Positions 26,834 through 39,790 are shown, counted from the first letter of the stretch. The stretch is 64,000 bases of DNA from Sphagnum compactum (GCA_965153455.1 OZ234493.1:16544213-16608212), one strand, 5' to 3'. Numbers and translations: made by a program. Notes: generated by a model from the sequence alone, not told the origin.

Positions 26834-27589
26834 GTCACTACTTAGCATAAAGCATTGAGCCATGTATAATGACATCATGTTATGAATGAAGGCCATGTCC
26901 CCCACCAAATTGACATCAATCACAACACCATAAGTTGGTCCAAAAATGGGTTGTGTTGTTTTTCCATTGAGTCACTGCCTATGAGATGCCAAAACATTCA
27001 ATGACACACCAGACTTACTTCCATTTTTTCCATAATGCCCAAAAATGTCATAGGAAAAAAAAGGCGTGGCATTTCAAAAAAATAATGCCCACTCATGGTA
27101 GGACTTTGTGTTGGGGGAGGGGGGGAATTTGTTTTCCAAAATGCCCTACCTTTTGGTGGAGGAAAAATTCAATTCAAAGAGGCACTTAGTGAATACAAAT
27201 ACACCAAAGAAATATCTCTCCATGCTTTATGGCTACTTGTTTGTGACTATAGATTATTTCAACTAGTGTCGTTTGGGAACCCTATTGAGTCAAATTGTTT
27301 GCATCGGTCACCCTTGAGATTTGAAGAAATACAATATTTAACATTGGAAATCATAATGCTTAAATAAGTAGAAATTTGTGGGATGTGGAGAGGAATTGTG
27401 GCATCTTTATTCGCATCAATCTTTTTTTTACTCACCAAATGTTGCTGAAAATCAAAATTAAAAATTGAAAACTGAATATTGAAACTTGAAAGTTCTTTTA
27501 GAGTTCTAATGGCTGGAAATGAGAGAGAAAAAAGAAAAATCACTAGATTTCTATATGTGGTTTTTCATATATGACGAATTGATAAATAA

Positions 27590-28860
27590 TTCAAGTCCAA
27601 AATCTATGTCAATTCTAAAACGTAGGTTTTTTGGAATTGATGTAGGTTTTGATATCCATACCTTTTACTTTGCAATGTTAATAAACAATTGAAACTTATG
27701 TCAATTCCCAAAAAACCTATGTCAATGTAGGTTTTTTGGAATTGGCCTAGGTTTTGATATTCACATCTTGCGCCCATCCTATATTGATAAACATTTGAAA
27801 ATCCAAAACCTATGTCAATGTAGGTTTTTTGGGAGTGGACATAACCTTTGATATCCATGCCATGTGCCTATCCAATTCCAATAGAAAATTGAAAATAAAA
27901 AACTAGCACCCAACTTGCATAAATTCCCAAAAAATCTATGTTGACATAGTTTTTTTGGAATTGACATAGGTTTTCATATCCACGCATTGTACCTTTGCAA
28001 TGTTGATAAACAATTGTAAATCCAAAACCAATGCGAATTCAAAGAAAACATATGTTGATATAGGTTTTTTTGGATTGACATAGGTTTTGATATCCATGCC
28101 TTGTGTTAGTCCAATGTTGATAAACAATTCAGAATCCAAAATCTATGTCAATTTTTTTTAAACCTACGTTGACATAGGTTTTTCTAGAATTGACATAGGT
28201 TTTGATATCCATGCTTCATACTCTACAATACTAAACAATTGAAAATACAAAACCTAAAAATCCAAAACCTATGTCAATGTAGGTTTTGATATCCATGCCA
28301 TGTACTTGTCCAATATGGATAAACAATTGAAAATCCAAAACCTATGTCAATTCCAAAAATACCTACATTAATGTAGGTTTTTTTGGAATTGGCATAGGTT
28401 TTGATATCCATGCCTTATGCTTTGGAATGTTGATAAACAATTAAATTTTTTAAACCTACGTCAATTCCAAATAAACCTACATTGGCATAGGTTTAGATAT
28501 CCATGCTTTGTATTCTACAGTGTTGAAAAACAATTGAAAATTCAAAACCTATGTCAATTCCCCAACAACCAACAAAAAATGTTAATGTAAGTTTTTTGGG
28601 AATTGATGTAGGTTTTAATATGCATTTTTTACTTTGCAATGTTGATAAACAATTGAAAATATAAACCTACATCAATCCCCCAAAAACCTATGTCAATGAA
28701 GGTTTTTTAGGATTTGGGAATGAACATAGGTTTTGATATCCATGCCTTGCCCCCTTGCAATGTTGATAAACAATTGAAATCCAAAATCAACACTAATTCC
28801 CAAAAAACTTATCTTGATTTATGTTTTTAAAAAATTGATGTGGGTTTTGGTATCCTTTTC
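27590..28860. repeat. Tandem array (~11 units, ~110-125 bp) of internally palindromic units
   Basis: Unit: aaatccaaaacctatgtcaattcc...aaacctatgtcaatgtaggttttttggaattgacataggttttgatatccatgc[variable]caatgttgataaacaattg. aaaacctatgtcaattcc is the reverse complement of ggaattgacataggtttt. Confidence 0.9.
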
Positions 28861-28947
28861 CTTTTCATGTAGAGTTTGTTCATTTAAAGCATAAGACACA
28901 AAACTTGCATCAAGTTTGAAAAATCCTACGTCATGGCATGTATTTTC

Positions 28948-29914
28948 TAGTGTTGGGCGGTTTTTTAGTTTTTTTGAATACCGTCCCTGTAGTAGAATGA
29001 TTTGAAGATTCAACCTTGTTCTTTTTAAAAAAATTATTTTCATATTTTAAAGACTTGGATAGGGTTTTAAAAAGTTACAAAAAAAAATTCATTTGGGTGT
29101 CAAAGTGGTGGTTAGTACACATCTTATACTAATCAATTTTCAAAGTTGGTTTTCACATACTGGTCATTATGTAAATTTATTATTTCAAACATTAATTTTT
29201 GAATGTCATGTCGAACTAAATTGCATTGAAGACGAATGAATAAACATGCAGTAAGAAGAACAACATCAAGTAAGGAATGTTGTCGAATAAGGAGCAACAA
29301 CATCGAGCAAAGAGGAGCAAGAGGAGTAGCAATGTTGAGCAAGGAGTAACAAAAGGAGGAACAACGTCAAGCAAGGAGTAGCAAAAGGAGTAGTAGTGTT
29401 GAGTGTGTTGAACAAGGAGCAACAAGAGGAATAATAACATCGAACAAGGAGTAATAAGAGGAGAAGGAACGTTAAGCAAGGAGTTCGAACATCAAATAAG
29501 GACTAGTAACTACTAACCAAAGCAATTAATCAACATAAATTAATCTAAGCAACACACAACAAACACAAAATGAAACAAAAAAAACTTGAAACATTTGTTT
29601 TATATGAAGTGACAAGTGACATCGCTTATTGTTTAACCTTAAACCTAATTAAACCATACTGACTATTGACTACCAAATAATTTTAAACCCTAAAACTCTA
29701 ACCCTAATTTTTAAAATACCATGTTAAGGTTTTAATAAAATTGAATATACATTTGATCGGGGTTTCAAAAACTTGATTTTCACATTACATAAAAGCATAC
29801 AATTGGGTTTCATAAAGGGCATCACTCAATGGGATATCTTAAAGGCTTCAAATCAAGAATTGGCTTGAAACCTTGCCTGGTTTTCACATTTATTTTGATA
29901 CCTGCCCAACATTG
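28948..29914. mobile_element. Non-autonomous hAT-like element with internal gagcaacaac/gcaaggag repeats
   Basis: TIRs tagtgttgggcgg / cctgcccaacattg; 8-bp TSD gtattttc (28940-28947) / gtattttt (29915-29922). Confidence 0.75.
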
Positions 29915-32174
29915 GTATTTTTGAAAATGTAGTAAGTTTTCTACATATGTCCTTTTCTTTTCCAATGTACAAAAACTTACATCAATTTGAGAAATTACCA
30001 CATAAGTACATTTGTAGAATTAACATATGGGGTTTGTGTTTTATTAGCTTTATCAACATTGGAAGGGGTGGGATTTGAAAAAACATAAATTAATATCCTT
30101 TGATTTGAATCCGATATTTCAAGGCATATTGAAAGTTTTGATGGAAAAGATTGCTCCTTATGTTAATAACTTTATATAGTGCAACATTTCACTAAAATGT
30201 TCACATGAAAACTAATCTTTTTTAGTCTTTTTGTTTTAATTTACAACAATGTTTCAAAGCTTTACACTTTAAAAATATACTTTGTTGAACAAGTAAATCA
30301 TTAATATGTGCACGAATTTCATAATATATTGATAGATTGGGATATAACCCATCATTCATAACATATTTTGATCAAAAAATCTTTTCCCAAAATCTATCAT
30401 GATGTATCAAAATGCTACAAGTGTTGAAATTGCCACTTTTGTGACAATTTGTGTGTACATCATAACTTGCAAACACCCTTATTTTCTTTCTTTGGAATTG
30501 GGTTCGACACAATTGTTGTTACTAGGATTTGACCTTCTTAATCATTCACTTATCACAATTACTTTCGTAGATCTTTTGGAGTTTTTATGGGATTTAGAGT
30601 ACTTCCATTTCCATATTAAAATAGTTCATGTTTTGGTACATGGAATTTGAAATATCATTTATTCAAATTTATTGATGCAATTGATCAAAGCAATTTTAGT
30701 GGAATCCTCAATGTGACAAACATAAGCACACCACATTGGGGGGGGGGGGGGGGGGGGGGAAGGGATATGTTGTGGATAATAATAATATAACTAAATACAT
30801 CTCACCTCGGGAAAGTGGCACCTATTCATTGGTTTTGCAAGTCTCCATTTTTACTTGTATCCAAGGTCACATACATATTTGCAAACAATTTTTTTCTTTA
30901 AGTTATACTTTGAAATGTCTATAATGTGCAATTATTTTAATAGATTGTATTGCATGGAAATTTATATTAAATTTCATCGCATTATAAACAATTTTCTTGA
31001 AAATTAATAGTTTTTAATTATGGGTTTGAAGATTACTAAAACTTGGAATGATAGTCATATTGTTTATAAACTTGAAAGGAATCCATGTTGTAATCATTGT
31101 CTCAATTTTTTACAATAACTAATCCTACATATTACATTTTAGTTCCATGTTGCTACATACTACCAATGACAATCAACTATTTAATTTTTTTCTTATGTTT
31201 TCATGTATTTGTGTCAATGTCAAATTTAATTTAAATTAATCTAAAATTCATGGACATGAAAAGACACATGTTAATTTGTTTTTTAAAGTCCATGTTGGTG
31301 GATAGGAAAAATGAGTGAGGTAGTTATAAAATGGAGGTAGTTATTAGGAAAGGTGAGAGATAATTATTATGAAAGTTAATAGGAAAAGGAAGCAGTTATG
31401 AAATAGTTAAGCTTGAAAATGAAGTAGTTATTTTTTAATTGTCTTTTGAATGGTCCAGAAACAACCATACAACCAAAATGGTCATGTAGAAGCGACATAC
31501 AAATTTTTTTTCAAATAACCCCATATAAACCAGTTCCTACATCATTAGAATAATGTTATATGTAAATGGGTTTTCAAAAAGTTTACATCAAGCATACAAC
31601 TATCAATACAACTTATCTACAATTCCTCAACTAGGTTTGAAATATTACTAAGTTTATGTTGAAACATTATATTTTATATATGCACATCGTTACAACACAA
31701 ACATGTTAATAAAGTTATCAAAAGATTCAACATGAATGTTTAACTATACGTGGTAACAAGGTATCATCAATTTTGGAATAAAGTATTTAGGGATCCCCCC
31801 CCTCCTCCCCTAAAACAAATGACAATATGTTAAAATGGACACTATTAACAATATATATATATTTTTGTGATTGTGGGAAGTATCATATTTGCCATCACAT
31901 TTTGGAAATATCATGCAAATATGGTAATTCTATGTGAAATCTAATATGGTAAGCCAACTTCCAAATCAAAAAGTTTCGATTCATGCATATTACATTAAAA
32001 GCTTTGAACATAAACCTTGAATTAGAGTTGTGGCTAAAATATGTTCTAGAAAAATATTTGTATGAGTCATTGTCACAACCTTGAATTTACAAAACATTTT
32101 GTATCATTTGTAATACATTTGTTGACAATTTGTGATGTGTATTAAGTTTACAAGTCATTATTTGCAAAGTTTTT

Positions 32175-32830
32175 GAATAGAGAAGTGTAACCTACACTAT
32201 ATTCATATAACATGCTAAAGACAACAACTAAAGATTTTCATGAAATCACCAAGCTTGGAGAATGCGGTTTTGGGATTGTCTACAAGGTGAATCTTTTTAA
32301 CAATATTTTAGAGTGATGTAATAATTCATTTACCTTGTTTTTGTTGTGCACTTTGAACTTATCTATATGGTTATTTCATGATCTATACAATATTGCATGT
32401 TGGACATTCTATTTCATGGATGATTGGTTTTTTAAGTCCCATTTTCTTGACATATTCAAAGAGATCAATTGTCATGGATTTGATATCTAAAATCACATAC
32501 ATCTAAATGAAATAACATTTGTGAATGTCATTGCATTTTGAAATCTGTATAAACTTAAATGTGCATGCACATATTTAATTCACAACAAAACTTTTATTAT
32601 AACATTATGTATATTTTGGTGAGGTTTTTGTTAGATGAAGTAGAGTTGGCAATTAAGTTGTTAAAAGAATCTCAACAAGGGGTGATTGAAGTTTTGAATA
32701 AAGTTGTTATCTTCATTAGTGTCAAACACAAGAATTTGGTGACCTTGAAAGGATCTTGTTTATATGGTGTACTTGATACCTTCTTGTTTACAAATTTGTG
32801 GAAAAACTAATCTTGTTGAAGTTTTTTGGG
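32175..32830 (+). pseudogene. Receptor-like kinase pseudogene, kinase N-lobe exons
   Basis: TTKDFHEITKLGECGFGIVYK ends at a donor (32287). A second exon (~32623-32830) reads FLLDEVELAIKLLKESQQGVIEVLNKVVIFISVKHKNLVTLKGSC... with frameshifts, i.e. subdomains I-V of an RLK/Pelle kinase. Confidence 0.8.
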
Positions 32831-32970
32831 GTATAATCATTTCTAAAATCCCATTATGAAGTTTTCACATGCAATGCTGAAAAACATTCAAATTAATACT
32901 CGTCACTTATTTATGTCAAAACACTTGGTGACCTTCATTCCAACTTGAAACATATTGACCAAAAAATTTA

Positions 32971-33290
32971 TGTTAACAAATAGGAGATCTACTCAAGTGC
33001 AAACATAAATATTTATTGAACTAAAACAAAAATATGATGCTCACAACACAAAACATAACATCAATAACTCCTCAAGGTTCTTGTCACATGAAATACACAA
33101 ACTTGTGCAATGAAGAAAACAAAGCCAAACCGCCAAACTATCAACACCAAGGTATTTAACTAAAAAATCAAATCACAAATAACCAAACTAATATAAGTAA
33201 AGAAAGTAATTCAACATTGTGAAAGTAACCTAGTTACTTTTTTACTCCAGTAACAATGAAACCTAACTAGTTGAATTTGAATTCTCGACA
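32971..33290 (-). repeat. Putative 3' LTR of the copia element
   Basis: Begins TGTCGAG on the minus strand right after the purine tract GAGAGGGAA (33291-33299). Left limit set at tgttaac (32971), giving TG...CA; that limit is tentative. Confidence 0.55.
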
Positions 33291-36200
33291 TTCCCTCTCA
33301 AGCTCAAATCCACTTCTAGTACACCAAACATTTTTCTAAACTTCCTTAGTTTGTCTGTACCCAAAGCCTTTGTGAAAATGTCAGCAACTTGATCTTTAAT
33401 ACTGACATGAATAAGGTTAATTTCTTTTGCTAGAACTTTTCTCTAATAAAGAAGTAGTGCACCTCAATGTGCTTTGTCCTAGCATGATAGATCGGGTTGT
33501 TTTAAGTAGTATGCTACTAATGTTATCACAATAAATGACAACAAGAGCATCCATTGATTGTCCCAAATCTGAGAGTAGTTTTTGTAACCAAACTACTTCA
33601 CATGTAGCAATTGTTGCGCCTCTGTATTCTACCTCCGTGCTTGATAGTGCAATTGTTGGTTGTTTCTTACTACAACTAACAACACCACTTCTAAAAAAAA
33701 ACATGAAACTAGTGGTTGATCTTCTATTTGAAACATTGCCAACCCATTCATCATCAGAGTATCCATGTACTTATAACTAGCTTTTGACTTCATAAAAAAT
33801 TCCACACTGCAAATTATGTTTTATGTACTTCAATATGCACCTCACTGCATCCAAATGTGGCTTTTGTGGTGTTTGCATGAATTGATTCACCATTCCAAAT
33901 ACATATCTCAAATCTGGCCTTGTGATGGTCATGTAAATCAAACTCCTCACTATGCACATGTACATAGTGGTATCCTCCACAAGGTCTCCTTCATATGCAC
34001 TTGACTTCACATTTTGCTCCAATGGAATTGAAATGGGTTTGCAACCCGTCATCCCATATTTAGACAATTTGTTTAAGGCATATTGCCTTTGCAGTAACCA
34101 TATCCCTTTAGGGGACTGGATTACCTCATTGCCGAGGAAGTAACGTAATTCTCCCAAATCTTTCATCTCAAACTTTTGCTTCAAAAGCTTCTTGAAATCA
34201 AAGATGTCTGCACCACTATCTCTTGTGATAATAAAGTCATCAACATAGATGACTATGATTGCAATCCCATGATCTGTCTTTTTCACATATAGTGAAAAAT
34301 CTGCATTGGATGTTTGAAATCCACTTGTGACAAGATATTGACCTATCTTGTCTGACCAAGTTCTAGGTGCTTGTTTCAAGCCGTACAAAGTTTTTTTCAA
34401 CCTACAAACCAAATTAGGATGTGTTTGGTCAACATAACCTGGTGGTTGTTTCATGTACACTTCTTTTTGTAAATCTTCATGAAGAAAAACATTCTTTACA
34501 TCCATTTGATGTAAAGACCATCCTTTTGTTGTTGCCATAGCAATGATTACTCTTACAGTTGTCATTTTGGCAACTGGACTATAGGTCTCCTCATAGTCTA
34601 TGCCATAAGTTTGGGCATTATTTTTGGCAACCAATCTTGCTTTATATCTACTCATAGATCCATCTGCATTGTGCTTGACCTTGTACGCCCATTTGCACCC
34701 AATTGCTTTCTTGTCCTTTGGTAAAGCTACCAATTCCTAAGTAGCATTAGCATCCAATGCCGCCATCTCTTCATCCATGGCATTGTCCCACTTGGGGTTT
34801 TCAACCACCTATTCAAAACAAATGGGTTCAACCTCCTGTATAACTCTCACCATGTACGCATAATGATGAGCTACAAAGCCATCATATGTGAGTCTTTGTA
34901 CAGGGTATTTAACTCGTGTGGATCTTCGTATTCCATTGTTGTTGTCAGGTGTTTTTAAAGCTTTCTTGGCCATCCAAGCTCTGGGAGTATTAACTGAAGG
35001 GACTTTTGATTCTTCATCCACACTCTTCTCTAAATCACTTGACTCACCATCTACATGAGAATTTCTAGATGATGTTTGAGAACTACCCTGTACAATGTTT
35101 AAAGATTTTAATCTTCCTTTCCATGGAGTGCTATTGGACCCACTAATTGAAAACTCTTGTGGTCCATTAATGAATTGTGATTCTTGTTCCACATTTGATG
35201 AAACATCACCATTTCTAGCCTCTCCATCTTTTGCTATCTTCAGTGGTGAGTACCAGCTAACCATCTCATCAAACACAATATCTTTACTCACTTGCAACTT
35301 TCGAGTGGAAGGGTTGAAGCATCTATATCTTTTTTATTCTGAGGAATATCTAATGAAGATACACTTTTCAACTTTTGGATCTAGTTTTGATCTCTTCTCA
35401 TCATGAACATGCACATATGCAATGTAACCAAACACTCTGAGGTGTGAGACATCTGGTTTCTTGCTTGTGAATTTTTCTTCAGGTGTCATGCCATGAACTG
35501 CCGCTGTGGGTGTTTGATTCATGATATAGACTATAGTTGCTACCGCTTCAGCCCAAAAGTAATTTGACAATTTTTTTTCATTTAACATGGCACATGTTAT
35601 TTCTACAACGTGCCTGTTTTTCCTTTTAGCAACTCCATTCTGCTGTGGGGAATAACTACATGAGTACTTCCTTTGAATTCCATGCTCCTTCAAGTACTCA
35701 CTGAATTCATTCGAAAAATATTTTCCCCCTCCATCCAACCTTAGGCACTTGATGTTCACACCTTTCTCCTTCTCCACCATTGCTTTGAAAATCAAAAAAT
35801 GTTGAAACACTTCACCTTTGTGTTTCATGAAATAAATCCACACCTTCCTTGTGTGGTCATTAATGAAACTCACGTAGTACCTGCATCCTCCAATGGATTC
35901 TGTCTTCGTGGTCCACACATTTGAGTGGATCATTTCCAAAGGTTTGGAACTTACATGAGTTGTTTGAACTGGGAATGGATGCCTAGCTTGCTTCCCCAAT
36001 TGGCATGCTTCATAAACTTCTAACATCACCTCTTCTATTCCAAATTTGGGAAGACCTCGAACAAGATTTTGTTTTTCCATCAATTTAAAACGTCGGAGAT
36101 TAACATGGCCAACCCGCTTGTGCCAAATTCCAATGTCTCTAGCTCTTTTTCCATGTTTGAATAACATGGAATTCACCTTAGGCATGTTCACATCCAAGGT

Positions 36201-37995
36201 GAACATTTGTCCATTCCTTTCCCTTTTTGCAATCAATTTGCCTTGGTCTTTCATGTCTTCCACAAAACATCCATTAGGGTTGAATGTCACCTGTAAACTT
36301 TGTTCCACCATCTGGCCTACGGAGACCAATTTTTTTGTTATGGTTGGAACATGAAGTACATATTTTAAGTACTTTGTTTGCCCGTTTTGCATGGACAATG
36401 ACACCTTGCCAATTTGTGTGATGGGATGTGTAGTGTCATCATCAGTTTCCACAAACCCTGGTGTTTTCAAATCCCTTGTGTTTCTAAACCATTCTTCATG
36501 ATTCGTCATGTGGTTTGAAGCTCCAAAATCACATACTAGACATTATTATCTCATACACCTATCATTGAATTTGCCATGTACTACATCATAAACAATTGCT
36601 CATCACCTTGATTGCTAATTGATGCATAATTCCCTTGTTACAGCTTTCCATTTCGTGCATCATGCTCCCTTTGATAATAGTTCTTTGCCATGTGCCCAGG
36701 TTTCTCGCAGTAGTAGCAGTTTGAGTCGTTATTTGGTTGTTGACTTCAATGATTTCCACCACAACCTCCATGACTTCCTCTTCCTCCAAAGTTTCCTTGT
36801 CCACCTCCCTGAAGCTGACCTTCATGTTGATGATGTCCACCATGCGAGCTTCTGTGTCGACCTCGAAATGAGGTTTTACCACCTCTACCTCTACTTCTAT
36901 TAGTATTTGAATAAAAAACATTTTTTTGTGATCTTCTATTGGATGAAGTACCAACAATTCTCATCCCTTCACTTATAAGTAGGGTTATTAAATCTTGAAA
37001 ATGGGGAAATGTTTCTCAAACTGCAATTGAAGTACAAAACTAGCTATAGTATTTTCCAAGTCCATTCAAGGTCACAGTCACTAGATCTTCATCATCTATA
37101 GGGGCTCCTATAGATACAAGAACATCTGCAAGGTTTTTCACCTTTGTAGAATAGTCACTGATGTTCATTTTGTTTTTTTGTAGATTATGCAACTCTTGTT
37201 TGAGCTGCATTTTGCGAGCTTGGGTATTGGTGCTATACATCTTCACCAATGTATCCCAAGCTTGCTTGGGTGATTGTGCATCTTGAATATGCACAATCAT
37301 GGAATCGGACACACTCATAGAAAACCAATACAAGACTTTCCTTGGTTTTTCATGTTAAGTTTTGTTGGCTTGAATTTGTTGTTGTGTGAGGTTTTCTAGG
37401 AGAGGAGGTTCTTTCTCATCACCAGTTATGAACTCCCAATAACCTTTCCCCATCAAGAAATTCATAATCCTAAATTTCCACACTTAGAAATTATTCTTGT
37501 CTAATTTCTCAATTACAATTTGAGAAAGATCGTCCGCCATATCTCAAGACAACTTTCAATGTCTTCTTGGGGTTTCATAAATGATTTTAATTCCTTCCTT
37601 GAGTTTCTAGGATTAGGATTAGGGTTTTCCTTCCTTAGTTTCTAGGATTACGGTTAGCGTCAAGGTTGAACAAGATGGACCTTGCATATGTATGTATGTC
37701 TTGAGTATTATACGAAATTTTATACTATACATAGGTTTTACGTATATGTACGTATTTCGTGTAATATTTGTATGGTATTAAATACATGATTTTGTATGAA
37801 GGTTTTGATAATGTATTTGCGCTCCTCAATCTTCAAACTCCTTCCTTCAAGTTCTCCCAAGTTGTATTTGCTCCACTTCAAAAATTTGTTTTAATGTCTT
37901 CTCAATATAAACTTTTGTCACAATAACTTTGCAAAGCTATGACCTTGGATCGATCTGAAATTCCGGTGAACCATGAAAAACTATGTCTATTACCA
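32971..37995 (-). mobile_element. Decayed Ty1/copia LTR retrotransposon, 5' LTR missing
   Basis: Minus-strand order gag (MADDLSQIVIEKLDKNNF*VWKFR from 37540), protease (GASNHM ~36510), integrase (WHKRVGH, 35334-36509), RT (IGCKW, HQMDVKN, IYVDD, 33777-34733), RNase H (SSTEVEY, IYCDN). Many stops and frameshifts. Confidence 0.95.
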
Positions 37996-37996
37996 T

Positions 37997-39330
37997 CTCT
38001 CAAACTTTTAGCTTGTTTAACTTCATAAAATGAGAGATCTTGCTACTTCCTTGAAATCACCTCAAACTGGGACCTGAACACAAAATGACTTACAACTCGC
38101 TCTTAGCAACTCCAAATTCTTTGAGAGTTTGGAAGACACATTAGATATATGTCTTCTATATATGCGTAAAATTTCAGCTCTATTGATGATGACCACAAAG
38201 AGTTATCTCTTTCAAAAGAAATTGATTTCAAAACTAAGGCTGAAACTTTAGCTGGTATAATGAAAATACCAACAATAGTTCTAGCAAAAAGAAGAGTAAT
38301 AACGATCTTTTGTCCCATACCTATATAAATATTAAAAAATTTACAATTATCACTCGCTTCCTTTATAACAAGTCGACTAAGTCTATTAATCTTTTTATTA
38401 TAGTAAGCATGATATCTTGGATCTTTTGCTGGAAATGCCATTTTCAAGATTATTGAGAGCGCCTCTTTTAGTATCAACAAATATTTTAGAGGCATTTCAA
38501 TCTATATCCTGAGATCCATGGCCTAATGGCATCTTTAGTTTAGCTATTTTGGGTAGTCATTTTTTCCTGTTTATTAACAAAATAGGCTTCTCGTGATTAA
38601 GAATCTTGGATTGATAATTACTATAAATATCAACAAAACTCTTAAAATACAAAAGTTTGTAGGAAGCACAAATATGGAAATCTATTAGTAGTTTTACCAA
38701 TAAATAAAAAATCATGACTAGTGCGGCTAATAATATACTAGGGAAGTAAAAATTTAGTAATAGCAATAATATTAGAAAAAGATGTGACAAGATTCGGAAA
38801 TAATAATCAGAAACATGCAAAATCCATGATTGGTTGGACTTCAAGCTTGTTGATTGAAGACCTGAAAAAAAAATCCTATAAATCATCATATATAACAATA
38901 TAACACCCTTTTATCGTATCTGCTATTTGAGCAATAAAAAAAGGCTATTTGTGGCATTATTAGGTTAAGAAGGGATATATAGTAGTTTTAAGGGAAATGG
39001 CTTGGTTCTTATCCTCCCCCTCGGTCAGAACCACACGTGCAAGTTTCCTTGCATGTGGCTCGTCCATGATGACTTCTTCGAGTTTATAAACCAAGACCCC
39101 CTAGGGCCAAGCCTACATAAGCGAAACATAAAACTGATTATGTTCAGAGTTGGTGTCATGCCATATTGTCTTTTACTTTGAAAGGGTTTATTGATTATGT
39201 TTGTAGGTAGATTAATTCAATTTGCTACTTTGCCCAGTTCGTTCCTGGTTTTTTTTTTATGGGTGCTTGATCTAAAGTATATGCCTGTGGTAAGTCTGTC
39301 TACATGAGGGCGGCCTTTAAAGAGAGATCT
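37997..39330 (-). other. Foreign block B replacing the copia 5' LTR and central RLK exons; carries group II intron 3' domains and two orphan ORFs
   Basis: No copy of the 3' LTR and no HRD/DFG/APE exons where expected. Contains domain V (39028-39061), ORFs 38557-38898 and 38103-38495, and the 33-mer shared with block A. Left boundary approximate. Confidence 0.6.
39028..39061 (-). ncRNA. Group II intron catalytic domain V
   Basis: Minus strand GAGCCACAUGCAAG-GAAA-CUUGC-AC-GUGUGGUUC: 34 nt, AGC triad, 9-bp basal stem, AC bulge, 5-bp upper stem, GAAA tetraloop. Followed by a G-rich DVI-like stem (gagggggaggata...tatcccttctt) with a possible ...cctaAT 3' end at 38959. Confidence 0.92.
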
Positions 39331-39538
39331 CTAACTCCCTTTTTAAATGTTGTTGAACCATACAAACACAATAAATATTTATAAATATTTCATGTAACTT
39401 TAATTTGTTAAGATTTAACTTAAATTGTTTAAAGTTATGTCAAGTGAAAAGATAATTTGGTTGAATCCGTCAGTACCAAAATTTAACATGTGTGTGCATT
39501 TTCCATTGTCGTGAAACACATGTTAAACTTTTTGGCAA

Positions 39539-39790
39539 GCTTGCTTTTTGCATGAAAACAAGATGTTGCAAAATCTAATTGACCAAAATCTAGACACTGA
39601 CATCAATTCAAAAAGTCAAATACGTGTGATCAATTTGACATTCTTATGTGTGCAAACAATACCAACGACATGTCCATCAATGCAAGTCTTGGAATTTTAC
39701 AATAAAGATGGGTTGTCATTGGAACTTCCCAACAATAATGATGGCATGGTGGAACTTGAAACATGTTGGATCCTTGGTCATACATAATAT
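39539..39790 (+). pseudogene. Receptor-like kinase pseudogene, last kinase exon
   Basis: ACFLHENKMLQNLIDQNLDTDINSKSQIRVINLTFLCVQTIPTTCPSM matches the RLK AWxLxE..L.ELVD...RVI.IALLCxQ..P..RPSM pattern. Same strand as the exons at 32175-32830. Confidence 0.75.

Noticed and set aside
27590-28860. CRISPR array
   Set aside because: Eukaryotic context, no cas genes, units >100 bp, and the linkers are short and related to each other.
20700-30650. Possible LRR/malectin ectodomain remnants of the RLK pseudogene (e.g. LRFEEIQ ~27315, FDLLNHSL ~30530)
   Set aside because: Similarity too weak to support by eye; needs a translated HMM search.
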